The notes beneath the pieces are model-generated. The model worked only from the letters and a program-made list of their open reading frames with translations. It did no database searches and was not told the DNA's origin. 64,000 nt of DNA, taken from Crassostrea angulata (taxonomy: Eukaryota). Positions 38,085-50,128 of the stretch are shown in pieces. Where the stretch lies: positions 6,090,123 to 6,154,122 of the forward strand of contig NC_069116.1 of assembly GCF_025612915.1 (NCBI RefSeq), written 5' to 3'. The translations under genes and the position numbers were made by a program. Every line of letters starts with the position of its first letter. Position 1 is the stretch's first letter.

Positions 38085-39339
38085 TACTTCAGTTACTTAT
38101 TCGTCGGCCTCGTTTTCGACGTGACTAATCACGTGACTAGATCTATTACTATATATGTATATATATAATGTGACATGCGCATTTGATAAAATCGGTTGTT
38201 TATAATTCTAACAATTAAGTCTACATCCTGATGAAGTGTTTGTTTACAGTGTGTCTAATTTTTAATGCAGAAATGTAAATTAAGGTGGAATAACACACTT
38301 CGAAATAGTTTGTAAACTATTTGATTATGAAAGATATAATGTTAAATAAACAGTTCATATGTCAAATAAGTGAAAAATATGCAATTTGGGAAGAAAAAAA
38401 AATGAATATCTAAAAATTTCAATTTTTATCAACTTCGCAAAAAAGTAAGTCACATGTTGCCGTTGGTAAAATCCTTTTAACAAAAATGAATTGTCGTTTC
38501 GATCAGAGGTCAGCCATTTTGTGATGATGTGTTATTCCACATTAAAGGCTGTCTTGCTCAGTATGTCAGGGCTCTACATTAACTTTTTTTCCTACCTGTC
38601 CATTCGGACAATTGACCAAGATATTTACTTGTCCGAACTTCAACTTCACTTGTCCAAAAAAATTTCAGTATTAAAGATCAAATATTGTCAACTTGAAAAC
38701 TACAGTTCTGTATTACTAAAATAAAGTCATTTATTGATTATTCTTGCCATAATTAATAACCTGACTTCTTAAATGGAAACTAAAAGTGTCTTTCCTAAAT
38801 GTATTGGTTCCATATAACATTAAACATGATTTGTCAGCTGTAGCTTTGTCATGGCAAATTACAAGACATTTTAAATTTAGCATCGGGTTTTAAAATACAT
38901 GTAACTCTTAAAATTGATTTCTCATCTGTTTTTTAAACTAAACATGGAAAGTCATCATAGTCTATCAATGATGAATGAAACCTAATATAAATTACATTTC
39001 TTTCCATAATCCTTTAAGGTTATCTTTGCTACCTGTTCTTCCTTTCTTTTTGATAACGTGTGTTTGGTACTGTGTAAGAACTAAGATCCACACCTTTACA
39101 GTTCAATATTGAAAGTTGTTTGTAATTAGTGAACTTCAATCCCGATCAAGAGTAACTCAATTGCATTTCAATTTGAAGTCGGGATCGAAATTCAAAATAA
39201 CTAATCGATAAACTTATAACGGGACTACGGATAAACTTATCACAAAACTTTCTTTACTTTTTAAAATGTTGGAGATTTCTTTACATAAAAATGCACTTGT
39301 CCAGTTGGACAAGTGGCAAGCAATATTCACTTGTCCGTA

Positions 39340-39862
39340 CATTTTTAGTCCCCTACCGGTTTCACCGGAGGGGACTATAGCTTACCTCTGCGTCAGTCAA
39401 TCCGTCCGTCCGTCCGTCTGTCTGTCTGTCCCACTTCAGTTTTCCACTGTTTTTTTCTTTATGCGTTGGACGAATGATATGAAACTTGCTGAGCAGCTTC
39501 AAAATATCAAACTACAGATCAAGTTTACACTTTTGTAGCGTCTGGTTGACATATTTTCAAGAAAATTAATTTTTTATTTTCCAATTTTTTAATGTTCGGG
39601 TTCGTTATCGGGCTCGGTGTGTATCAAATAAACAAGGAAAGTATGTTGTCAGTAATAATATCGTGCATTACTTGGACCATTCCTTTTATTGTTTCTAACA
39701 AACAAATAAGTTCTGTAAAATAGTATCAAGCATTGTGTTGTAAATTTAATCGACAGGTTTTTTGTATTATTACAATCGGGTTCGTTATCGGGTTGGTCTG
39801 TTGAGACGGTAAGAATAACAGTGCATTGTTTTCACAAATTTCTACAAACCGGTAGGGGACGT
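39340..39862. repeat. Palindrome-bounded composite repeat carrying (CCGT/CTGT)n microsatellites
   Basis: agtcccctaccggtttcaccggaggggact is a hairpin, and the end aaaccggtaggggacg at about 39846 is inverted relative to it. Internal (ccgt)3(ctgt)3 and a duplicated cgggttcgttatcggg(c/t)t segment at 39591 and 39776. A similar (GTCY)n tract occurs at 45966-45990. Confidence 0.4.
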
Positions 39863-41252
39863 GTATTGCTTATGCAATACTCTTAGAATGCTTGTTTTAA
39901 CTGGTACCGGACAAGCGTTAATGTCGAGCCCTATATGTTGTTCAATTTTATTTCAATACTTTGTCCCAAGTTTCTGATTCCATCATGTTTTGCTTAAAGA
40001 CCAAGAAAATAAGCACCCCCTTTAAATTAACCTGGCCAGTGTAACCCTGTCAATCAACTGAATTTAGGCCCGAGATTGGATGTTAGAAAATGATTAACAT
40101 TTGTTTACTCGCCCTTTGTCTAGCGCTTGCGACGATCGTGCAATTAACTTTTGTCTTCTGATGCATACCATGATGAAAATGCTATGTCTTTTAGCACTAT
40201 GAAAAAAAGAAAAAGACAGAGATTAAATTTTCTGCTTTTGAAAATTGAAAGATAGGAATTAAAAATTGACTCGAACTTGGTTTATGCACCACACCAAATG
40301 CCCTGATTTATACCTGCAGTTTATCAAATTTATGTGGCGCCAATCATCCAAAAAAACTTCTTTTATTAATAAAGATGTTTGTGAAAAATTGAGTATTTAG
40401 AAATAAATTAAATCAAATATTGCGTCCACAATATATAACGTTAGTTATCATATTTCTTTGAGAAATTTCATCACGAGCTGAAACTGGAAAGGGAACAAGT
40501 ACAAACAACTGTTGCACATCTGGTGCTCTTTAGCAGCTGATCTGAGAAGTAATACAAATGTAATATGTTGTATAAATGCATTAGTATTTGAGTACGGTAC
40601 AATGGTCACATATTGTTGAGAGCATTTTATAACCTCGTGTATATAGACATATATACACAAGCGAGCGTGTTTCCCTCGGAGCTCCACACCTCTTTCAATA
40701 GAGGCTCCACCCCCACCTGAACTTACCTGAGGTAAACTGACCTGTTAAAAACCTCGGCCTTTAATATTTTGATACTCATAAATACCTTTGCGTCCTAACA
40801 ACTTTCATCTACTAGAATGAAAAAAGTCTGCATTTCTGTGTTGAAATGCCTTCTCTACCACTTTTTATTTCAATACCCAACCAAAAATAGAAAGTGTTCA
40901 AGAATGCGTTGTAAATGACAATAATAGTACCTGGATAATAATGTTGAAAAATTGTGTTAGGTTCACGAGTATTTCATAATGGAGAGAAAATGTGAACCTT
41001 TCCAATTATATATCTTCATAAGAGATTTGTTAATTAATTGTTAAAGGTATAAATAGATAAAATGTCAATGAAAAAATCTTGGGCTTTTCCCTTTGTATCG
41101 ATTTCAGAGTTTTTGAAGAAAAAAAAATTCACTGATCAAGTGGACTGATGATTAAAAAATATTTACTGGTCTAAACAAATATTCACAGGTTCATATTTGG
41201 CTTATATAATAGTAAAAAAACAAAAATACTTTAAAAAATGACAAATTTACAG

Positions 41253-42217
41253 CAGGGTTGGCAAAAAATCGGGAAATACTCATATTTCCCAGGACGGTTG
41301 GAAATACTGGTAATTCCCGGGAATTACTGGTATTTCCAGGGAAATACTGGGAAATAAAGTACAACTACATATTATAGTACTTCATACTTAAGACATAAGT
41401 CTTAATTAAATCTGTAGGGATGTAGACAATAGTACACCTTGTCAGCAATGACATTCTATAATGTTCTTTGATTTTAACAAGTTTTGACTGGTCAGTAATG
41501 CATTGGTTATATCTTATGAATACTCAAAACATGGTTCATTCATATACCATTGTAATTTGTTTTTAAGGCTTTAATCAGGTATAGATGCATCTACACAGTT
41601 ATCATAAACATGATATCAAAGGTTCCATTTTCTGGTTATTTGGTGAATATTAAAATGGGGCAAGAAAATTGTGAAAAATAAAGTGTGACTGTGTCACTAC
41701 CTCAGTATGCAACACACCTAAGAAGAAGCCAATTAGCCCCACTCATAGTATATATCTCCCCAAAACAGGAGCACAAAACTGTCAAGTGTAATTATTTATT
41801 AAACAACATGTGTGATTATTGAATTTTTACTTGCAACACCTACACTAATTATAACAGTTTATTTTGTGCTTTGAATTATAAATCTGTAAAACACAAAACT
41901 TGAAGTTAAAAAACTGGACTAAAATTTGTACATTAGCAGCTATAGAAATCTTTTGGAATATGTAATCTGGTGAATTTAAGATTTATAAACTGACAGTGAA
42001 ATGGGGAAGTATAATAAATTGGTTTTTGATGCTTACTGTTAATATCTTTTATCATAAACATAAGTTTTACATTGAACAAACTAAAGAAATAAAGATTATA
42101 AATTTGTATTTCCCAGTATTTCCCAGTTAAGTGGAAAACAGTAGTATTAACCGGGACGGGAAATACCGGTATTTACCAACGGTAATTCCCAGCACTGGTA
42201 TTTCCCGGCCAAACCTG
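41253..42217. mobile_element. hAT-superfamily-like MITE (965 bp) with an 8 bp target-site duplication
   Basis: TIR CAGGGTTGGC... against reverse complement CAGGTTTGGC..., extended by about 100 bp of subrepeats (GGAAATACTGG-like) at both ends. Flanked by the direct duplication ATTTACAG at 41245-41252 and 42218-42225. No ORF inside. Confidence 0.7.
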
Positions 42218-42684
42218 ATTTACAGTAAACCAACTTTAATTTGTAACAACATTATTCTGTGATTTACTGACACACACTGGTTTGCCACGACTAATTTTCC
42301 AAGTAAGCCTAATAAAGACTTGTGTTGTTATAACAGCCATACGACAAGGGCTGGTTTGGGGCAAGAAATATTCGCGACGACGATGCTCTCGCGAACCTCG
42401 CAAAAAATTCTCACTTGTGAATAAAAGTTGGTTTGCAATATATCGATATTTTATGCATACTAGAGAAAATTTTCCTGAATGTCTGCCCATTACTTTTAAT
42501 TTCTTTAATTTGTAAATGTAAGGCTATAGCCAAGTTGTATTTTATTTAGTATTTTGTTCCGCAGAATGTTTGATCAAGTTAATTGCTGTATAAAAAGTTT
42601 TTATAAATCAAATTAAAAAAAAGTTCTTCATTGAAGAATAAATTGGAAATCATAGCTGTCGTTGAATATCTAGAGCCATTTTAA

Positions 42685-42945
42685 CAAGACTTTAGACTTT
42701 CAGTAGGGCGTACCTATCTATTGGTTGCGCCAAAACAAGTAAAAAATGACATGGTTTCAAGCAAAATATACACAGATTGCGTAGTCTTAGCTCAAAAGCC
42801 AGAGAAATCTTGTTGATTTCAAAGAGCCTGACTGAGTGGCCAGCAATGAAATAGACAGGCCTACGTCACATTGCTGTTTGACACAACTACACAAAGTTTA
42901 AGCTCTTGTTAAAATGGTTCTATCTGAGACCTTACCGCAAGTATC
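42685..42945. repeat. Dispersed repeat family D, copy 2
   Basis: See copy 1. Confidence 0.7.
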
Positions 42946-43892
42946 TTTGATTTTTTTGTTTATTATCCTACCCTTACAATATGTTAACTAAGATCTTGTC
43001 GAGTGTGAATTGCTTTGTTAAATTAAATTAACGTAGCTCGAGGGTTTGCTGATGTCACAATAGGAATCGACGTATAGAGTTGACCGTCCTAGTTAACTCA
43101 TACATATTTTTTAAAATGACAAATGAGATATTCAGAAGCATGAAAGAAAATTTTTCAAAAAGCTTAAATTACTGTTTATACAAACATTTATAATTATCAG
43201 GTGCTGAAAACTTAAAGATGTCACATACATTCAATGTCACATTTTGTTCTATAAAGTATGAGTGTGCGTTGGAACTCTTCCATTTAAAATCATGTTTTAA
43301 AATAGACAAGTAAATTAACTGAACCGTATATGCATTAACTTTTCTTTTTTTTACAATTATAACTTCCTTAATTTTAACTACCAATAAAATTTTTAAAATT
43401 CTTTTGGCTTGAGCTAATTTTTTTTTATGATTACAAACTTATTATGTCAGAAGTTGTCTGGCAATTATTTTTTTTTTGCATTGATTCAGAGAGTCATAAA
43501 AACAAATATAGCAATTTTCTATATCTTTGCAGCCTCACATTATTCATTTTGCATTTGTGCATTTGATAACATTCACAATATTGTCTAACTAGTATTTACA
43601 TGCTCTAAAATGTGTTTGTCACCTAGTCATGTCAATAGATGCATTTCAAATTTTGGGTTCTCTGACGTGAAGAAAAGATGACGTCAGGCTAACGTCTAGT
43701 GAAAATATAAGGGTTTGAGTTTGAGAAATCTTTAAAGTTGTTTTGCCAAAAATTGGCCGATGACACATACTGATTACATTTTATGAATTGATTCATAATT
43801 ATCTCCTCTGTTATTGTGTTAAGTATTATTAATTTCGTCTGAATCGTTTAAAAGTTTGGAGCAGGCAGAATTTATAATTTTTCTACTCCAGA

Positions 43893-44012
43893 ATGAAACC
43901 TAATTAAATGCATATATGAGACTCCTCGACAAGTTTGTGTATGGGTTATATGCCACTCAGGTGACCGTTAAGGCCAATTGACCTCTTGTTTGGAGAAATT
44001 GACACAAATAAA
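43893..44012. repeat. Local direct repeat, family E, copy 1
   Basis: ...gactcctcgacaa(g/t)tttgtgtatggg(t/c)tat...caggtgacc(g/c)ttaaggcc(a/t)attg(a/g)cctcttgttt... repeated about 415 bp downstream. Confidence 0.65.
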
Positions 44013-44305
44013 AAAAGAAAAAATATCTTATGGCGATTTATCTAAAGCAGTAGATGCAGATTGGGGGAGGATTTTTATTAATGCACCTTTTTTGGTTGTA
44101 AGATTATGTATGTTGAATCTCTGTTGGGGGGACGAAGTAATTAAATGATATAAATAAAATAATTTTACAGATGAGTTTTAATTAAAGATTTCACCTGTGA
44201 CAGATTGAAATAAATCCAAGATGCACACATTTTGGTCACTTTCACAAAACTCTCGGTACTTATTAAGTGATCAAAAGTTACAGGAGATGGGTTATTGATA
44301 CTCCA

Positions 44306-44432
44306 TAATAAAACTCAATTAAACACATTTATGCGACTCCTCGACAATTTTGTGTATGGGCTATGGTTTTCAGGTGACCCTTAAGGCCTATTGGCCTCTT
44401 GTTTGAGCATGAAAGCTGACACAAATCATTAT
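44306..44432. repeat. Local direct repeat, family E, copy 2
   Basis: See copy 1. Confidence 0.65.
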
Positions 44433-45722
44433 TTTTAAAAGCCTAAACCAATATATCTGCTGCATTGTAAATAAACATGTATTGCAGTTTGATTACTTGA
44501 AGCACAGATGGGCTTGGACAAAAGTTCACAGTTTGCAGAGAATGATCCATAACATTCACACAAGTCCTGCACAATGATGCATTCCCAATGTCCATATTTT
44601 GACACTCTCAAGTCTAGTGCACGCTCTGATTTCACACATAAACATTTATACAGTTGCCTATTGGAAAATATATCACAACAATATCTGCATTGGCACGACC
44701 AGACTTGGCACTGCCAGTCTTGTTTTTTAATATTCCTGTCCATATTCTTATACAAATAATGTATTCATTCTTCTTTTTGATGTATCATTCATTATGTTAG
44801 TTAATTTACAGCTTTTTTAGTGGATTTCTTCTGATCTATGTAACCCAGGGCAGACTACCATATTTTTCGAAAATTAAGTCGATACGGTTTAATGGGTGAA
44901 GGAGGCCGTTTTTTGGCAAAAAAATATAAAAAAGTATAAATAGGTCGACTTCGAAGAATTGGACGAAAAATTACCGCTAGTTTAAATGAATAAATGGTTT
45001 AAACTAATAACATTATCATATAGTAGCCTTTAAATCTTATTTCAGTTTTAAACAAAAGGGAAATAAAATGCATTTCTTAAAAACATCATAAGAACATTTC
45101 TGAAATTGCATGAACATTTTCAAACCAATTAATTCAGTAAGGCCGGGATAATTTAAGATCGTTTTTATGACTTCCTTGCTGGTGTTAACCGGGAGATAGT
45201 AACCTAGCCTGGAGGCATGACTACGGTAGCACATGCAACCCTGTGTCTCGGTGTGACTTTTTACTGTGTATATACACACGAGTCAACCCCTGATCTAATC
45301 GAACCCTTTGGGCATGAATAGCACGTGCCGAGAGTTCAACTGTGTATAAACAAAGAAAGCGCTACCCAGACTGATTTCAGAGACACCTGGCTAAGATTTC
45401 ATCTAGAGTTTTATTTTGAATATACAGAAAAAACTTGAACATGTATTCTATTATAAAAACAAATCATTTTTTTTTTATTTCTACCCGACGATATTTCCCC
45501 CCGTAATTAACCTTTGTACGGTTCTCATTTTACTTTTACCACACGAAATCAATTTCCCGTTTATCTTAAGCACACGATCAAAATGCATGACAGCATGGAA
45601 TAATGTTTGAAAGATGATTCAGTCAGCGATCTAAGTAAGAAATGTAAGAAGAAATAAATTTTTTCACATTTAATTTGTTTAAATGACAAATTACTACATT
45701 ATATTGATTAAAATCCAGACGA

Positions 45723-45890
45723 TTTTACACAGAATTCAAGCAGTATTATAGTAAACACTCAAGATTTTATTGGAGGGTTGTATAAATCTTTGCAAAATTT
45801 CATATCAAATTTTCCAAAAAAAAACAACGAAGGTCCAAAAAGTATCGACCTAATTTCCGAAAAATACGGTAATTGGGAGGATAAATGGAT
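45723..45890. repeat. Dispersed repeat family C, copy 2
   Basis: See copy 1. Confidence 0.6.
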
Positions 45891-46727
45891 TTTATATAAG
45901 CACAACTGTATCATATTTTAAGCGGTTTATAAAAAAAATAAGTTTTTTTATTTTTTGTCTGGTGTCCATCCATCTGTCTGTCTGTCTGTGTAAACTTTTT
46001 ACATTTTCAACTTCTTCTCCAAAACCACTGGGCCAATTAATAAAGGCCCATGCTCTCTTTTAAAGGGAATTACTGAATACAGGGAATATTCGCCCCTGGT
46101 TTATTGTCGCCTCTTTCGCCCTCGTTGTCAGAGGGCGAATTGAAGACTGGGCAAATTCAATGTTGCAAAGAAAATCTCTGTTAACACAACTGCATCTGGG
46201 TAAATCAAGACGGGGTGAAAAAGCTTGCAAGTGTAAATGAATACAGTAAGGTGTAAAAATTCACTGAATGTTATTTAAGTTTATTGTTTACAGAAAATTT
46301 CAGCTTGACGCCTTTGTGGTTGTACAGGCCTTTGAATTTTTGAATCAAGAATTTTTGGATGAGGTTGGCCCTCCCCACTTGGAAAACAATGCTACATACC
46401 TGAGAGCTAATTTTTTGAACAAGAAACAATTTGATATTTTCTGTGTAAAGATAGTACCATTTTTGTCATTTGAAAATTGTTGTAGTGTGGGCGACAAGAC
46501 AAATTTACGGTAATCATTAAACAACCAAGTATATTAATCTGTGTATTCACATTATCTGTGTAGGGTTGGCATAACAGATGTTATTAATGGATGTGTGCAT
46601 GATCGGGGCCTTAGATCACACCTGCTTATCAAAATCAAAGTGTTTTTAATGTCAGTTAAAAATGAAAAGTATGAATATTATGTATGATTTAATACTATTC
46701 ATTATATATTAGGATTTGTTTCATCTT

Positions 46728-47060
46728 TTAATATATACAATTGCAAATATGCTACCATATATGAACCTTTAGAATAGCAAAAACTTTCAATTCTGTATGA
46801 ACATTTTCGTGATGTCACAATGATAACCGCATGCACTTATTGCTTGTCGCTTCAATTATTGTAAACATAAAATTTTTGAACGATTTGTCTTTTTCAAACG
46901 TAAATATAAGTAATAAACAATAATGTTAAAAAGTTTACCAGGATATCAAGTTGGATCAAATCTATTGAGAAGCTTTTTGGCTTCACAGGATTTGATCATG
47001 TGACCAACCAACTTCATATCCCGGTGACCTTTTAAATTGCTGTTTATTTCTTTAATACTA
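46728..47060. repeat. Dispersed repeat family B, copy 2 (about 350 bp upstream of the zinc-finger gene)
   Basis: See copy 1. Confidence 0.7.
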
Positions 47061-47410
47061 GTACCCCTCTGCGACCCTACCAAAGCTACTAAACATGTAA
47101 ACACATGCATTAATTTTTAATCGGTGCATAAAGTGGTAAGAGTTTTAAAACTTAGTAAAAGGTACTAACACAGATACTATAGCAAGACACATAGAATTAA
47201 AGACATTTACAGTATTTACAACAGAAGGTTTTTAATGAAGATTATTCACATTATAACTATTAGAAGAAAAAATGCTAGTGAAAGTTTAATTTTGCGAGTA
47301 AAAAAAATCCGCTTGCTAAAATTTGCGAGCGAAAAAAAAGAAGTTAATTTCAATCCGTGTTACTGTTATAATAATATATATATTTATTGTTTGTCCTTAC
47401 ATTAATTAAG

Positions 47411-48470
47411 ATGGTGTCATTTTTCAGATTGATGATGGAAGCCTCTCAAGATGAAGTGGATGGACAAAATTTTGTCCAAATTAATGAAACAAATGCTAAC
47501 TCAAATTCAGTAGAGAATTCTACTCATAATTATATGGATGATGACAACAATGTTCCAAGCATGCATCCTCCCTCACCAAAAGAAAATAGCTTTGGAAAAT
47601 TGGAGAGAATAAATTCAAGAAACATATTTGAAGACTTGCTAGTAGAAAGTTCAACCAGTGGTGAAGAGGTTCAACATCAGACTTGTCCAATCAATGAAGA
47701 TTCCAAAAAAGTGAATGATAAATCAATTTCACAACAAAGTGTGTTAAGTCTGAAAAAAGTCTGTACTTTAGGGGCCAGACAGTGTTCAAAAGAAAGCAAC
47801 CAGAAGTTTAAGAATACCAAAGACAACACCAATTTATCTGATGAAGACCTACCTTCTGATGTAGTCAACAAACATGATGATTTGATTCATGTTACAAATG
47901 AGACAGACAACCCAGTACTAGTAACAAATGAGGAAGGAACCACAGAAGCAATAGACAAAGAAGTTGAAAAGGAGGATAGAACAAATGAAGAGATTGGCAG
48001 CAAAGAAAAGGAAAAGGAAGGAGTAATTAAAGTAACTGATAGCCAAGAAAAAATGGAGGATGGGACTACAATGGAAACAGACAACCAAGAAAGAAAAGAG
48101 GGAGAAACTTTAGACAGTACAAATAACTTACAGGAGAGGGAGGAAGGAACATCAGAAAATTCAAATGATCTAGAAGAAGAGAAGGAAGGTAGTAAAGAAG
48201 AAACAGAGATCCAAGTTAGGATGTTGGATGAAGCTTCTTCAGAGACAATGAACCAAGTTGGGAAGGAAAATGGATCTACCAAAGAGAGAGACAAGCAAGA
48301 AGTGAAGGAAGAAGAAACTGTAGAGACTAGCAAGATACTTTCTGCTTCTGAGGAAACATCAAATGAGACACCTAAAAAGTCTTCCTCTAAACAAGTCAAT
48401 AATGACAATACTGAAGTAGATTTAGAAAAACAGGATAAATTACCAGAAGATACTGACAATGAGGATAAAA
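47411..48470 (+). CDS. Giant C2H2 zinc-finger protein gene, first recovered coding exon (acidic, disordered N-terminal region)
   Basis: ORF in frame from ATG 47411, with a good Kozak context aagATGG. In-frame ATGs at 47432 and 47435 are alternatives. A tttttcag at 47420-47427 could instead be an acceptor from an unseen upstream exon. E/K/T/S-rich sequence. GTAAGT donor at 48471, phase 1. Confidence 0.55.
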
Positions 48471-49089
48471 GTAAGTAATTAAATCCATATGAAATTTATC
48501 ATATAAAAAATATATTTGGAAATATCAGTTTTATGTCAAATAAAAGTTGGCAATCTCAACCACTGCTTCTATATGATTAAGCCTTTCTATATTAAATCCT
48601 TGCATCTCTCAATGTTATTTTATTCATTTGCATTTTAATAAAAATATTTGGTTGTAAGTGCCATTTATAAACATTCATGTTTTCATAAATGAATTACAAT
48701 CAACTATAAATAAACCCTGACAGTTTAAGTAAGTGTGCAAGGTTAAAAATATTTGTTTATGGTAGATTTTCAACAGTATATGCAGACAAGTGTTATGTTT
48801 GACCTGAATGGTACCGTATAATTTCCTTATCTATTTTAATAGAAAATTAATCTGACACTGGAATTGATCTCTTTTGATGTTGATATATGTTGTTTGTGAA
48901 AAACTTAAATATTTCTTGTTAATGTTGATGGTTTTATACATCTATGTGGTCCCCCACACATGTAGCCTTCCATCAAGGACTCTCTTATCATGAAGATGTC
49001 ACCAATATTTTTTGAATAGTAAATCTTCAGGAAATTGAATGTTATGTTTATCTTTAAGGGACGTTATAGTAACCTTATCTACTTAATAG

Positions 49090-49160
49090 GAAACCAATCT
49101 GACACCATTGAAAATGAAACAACACATTCAGTTGGGGACAAAATAAAATTACTTGAGCAG
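49090..49160 (+). CDS. Zinc-finger gene micro-exon (71 nt)
   Basis: cttaatag acceptor and GTATGT donor. Encodes (R)NQSDTIENETTHSVGDKIKLLEQ. It restores phase exactly between the exon ending at 48470 (phase 1) and the exon starting at 50129 (phase 0). Confidence 0.55.
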
Positions 49161-50128
49161 GTATGTCACTTTAAACTATTGTTTAGTATACAACTAAATC
49201 TTTTTTCATATCTTAAATGCATAGGTTTTTTTCAAAACCTATTTTCTTTACTAGAGTAAGTATGTCAGAATAAGCCAAAACCTGGAGTGAAATAGTGAGA
49301 ATTTGAAATATTTAAAGAATCTTTCCTTGCAGGTAACTGTCCAATTTTTCGTAAACACATTGTGTCTATTTTAAACAATTGTTTCAAGGTTATCAATAGT
49401 TTGAAGAAGACTGAAATCTTATTAGAATGAATTTGATTGTTGAATATGCTGCATATTATAACAATCTCCAATCCTCAGAATGTTTAATAACTCCAAATTA
49501 TCCAGAATTTTTTTATCCTTACCATAAATTGGCCTTTAATGTAGACAAATTTAATTAATCTTAAGTGATTATATTATGTTAAGCCCTGCAACAAAGTTGT
49601 TGGCTTAGTTGCTCCACGGAGACCTATTACCTAGAGGTAAATGGGTTCGAGCCAACATTGCAACAGTTCAACCTTTTTTTCTAATTCGATCTCATATTAT
49701 TTATTCCATTATATTCAGCATGGCCAAAATTGCTATAATTTTGTAAAATGAATAGATACCCTCAAAAAATTTCTTTTTAATCTGGTTCATTCTTAAATTT
49801 GAAAGAATAAGTAACATTTTTAGAATAAAAAAATACTTTGAGGCTGATGATCGGATAGAACCTTAAGCAGATTTAAATAAGTTTGAGATTCTAGCTTGTT
49901 ATGGCAGTGTACTTGACAAAACTTGTGAAATCTTTACACAAATTCTATTATGTCATGTGTGAATCTTTTGCATTTTAATCTTTAGATTATATATAAATTA
50001 TCAAAGATAGATCTTATAGGAAAGATTTGTACAGTTTCATATTATAACTGATGTGTTGGATAACTTACCAAGTATAGTGAAGGTTTGTGTGATGAATATT
50101 ACATGTTTTTTGTTTGTTTATGCTTTAG

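Noticed and set aside
44435-44755. 106 aa Cys-rich - strand ORF (MYKNMDRNIKKQDWQCQVWSCQCRYCCD...)
   Set aside because: No signal peptide, no recognisable cysteine framework and no splice or promoter context. One ORF of this length is expected by chance in 64 kb of AT-rich DNA. Kept as an unlikely candidate only.
47887-48459. 190 aa ORF on the - strand (S/L/V/F-rich), and other - strand ORFs inside 50308-57325 (for example 52252-52725, 157 aa)
   Set aside because: They lie antisense to the zinc-finger exons. GAA/GAG-rich sense codons give open TTC/CTC-rich antisense frames. There are no splice signals, and the composition is a low-complexity mirror of the sense strand.
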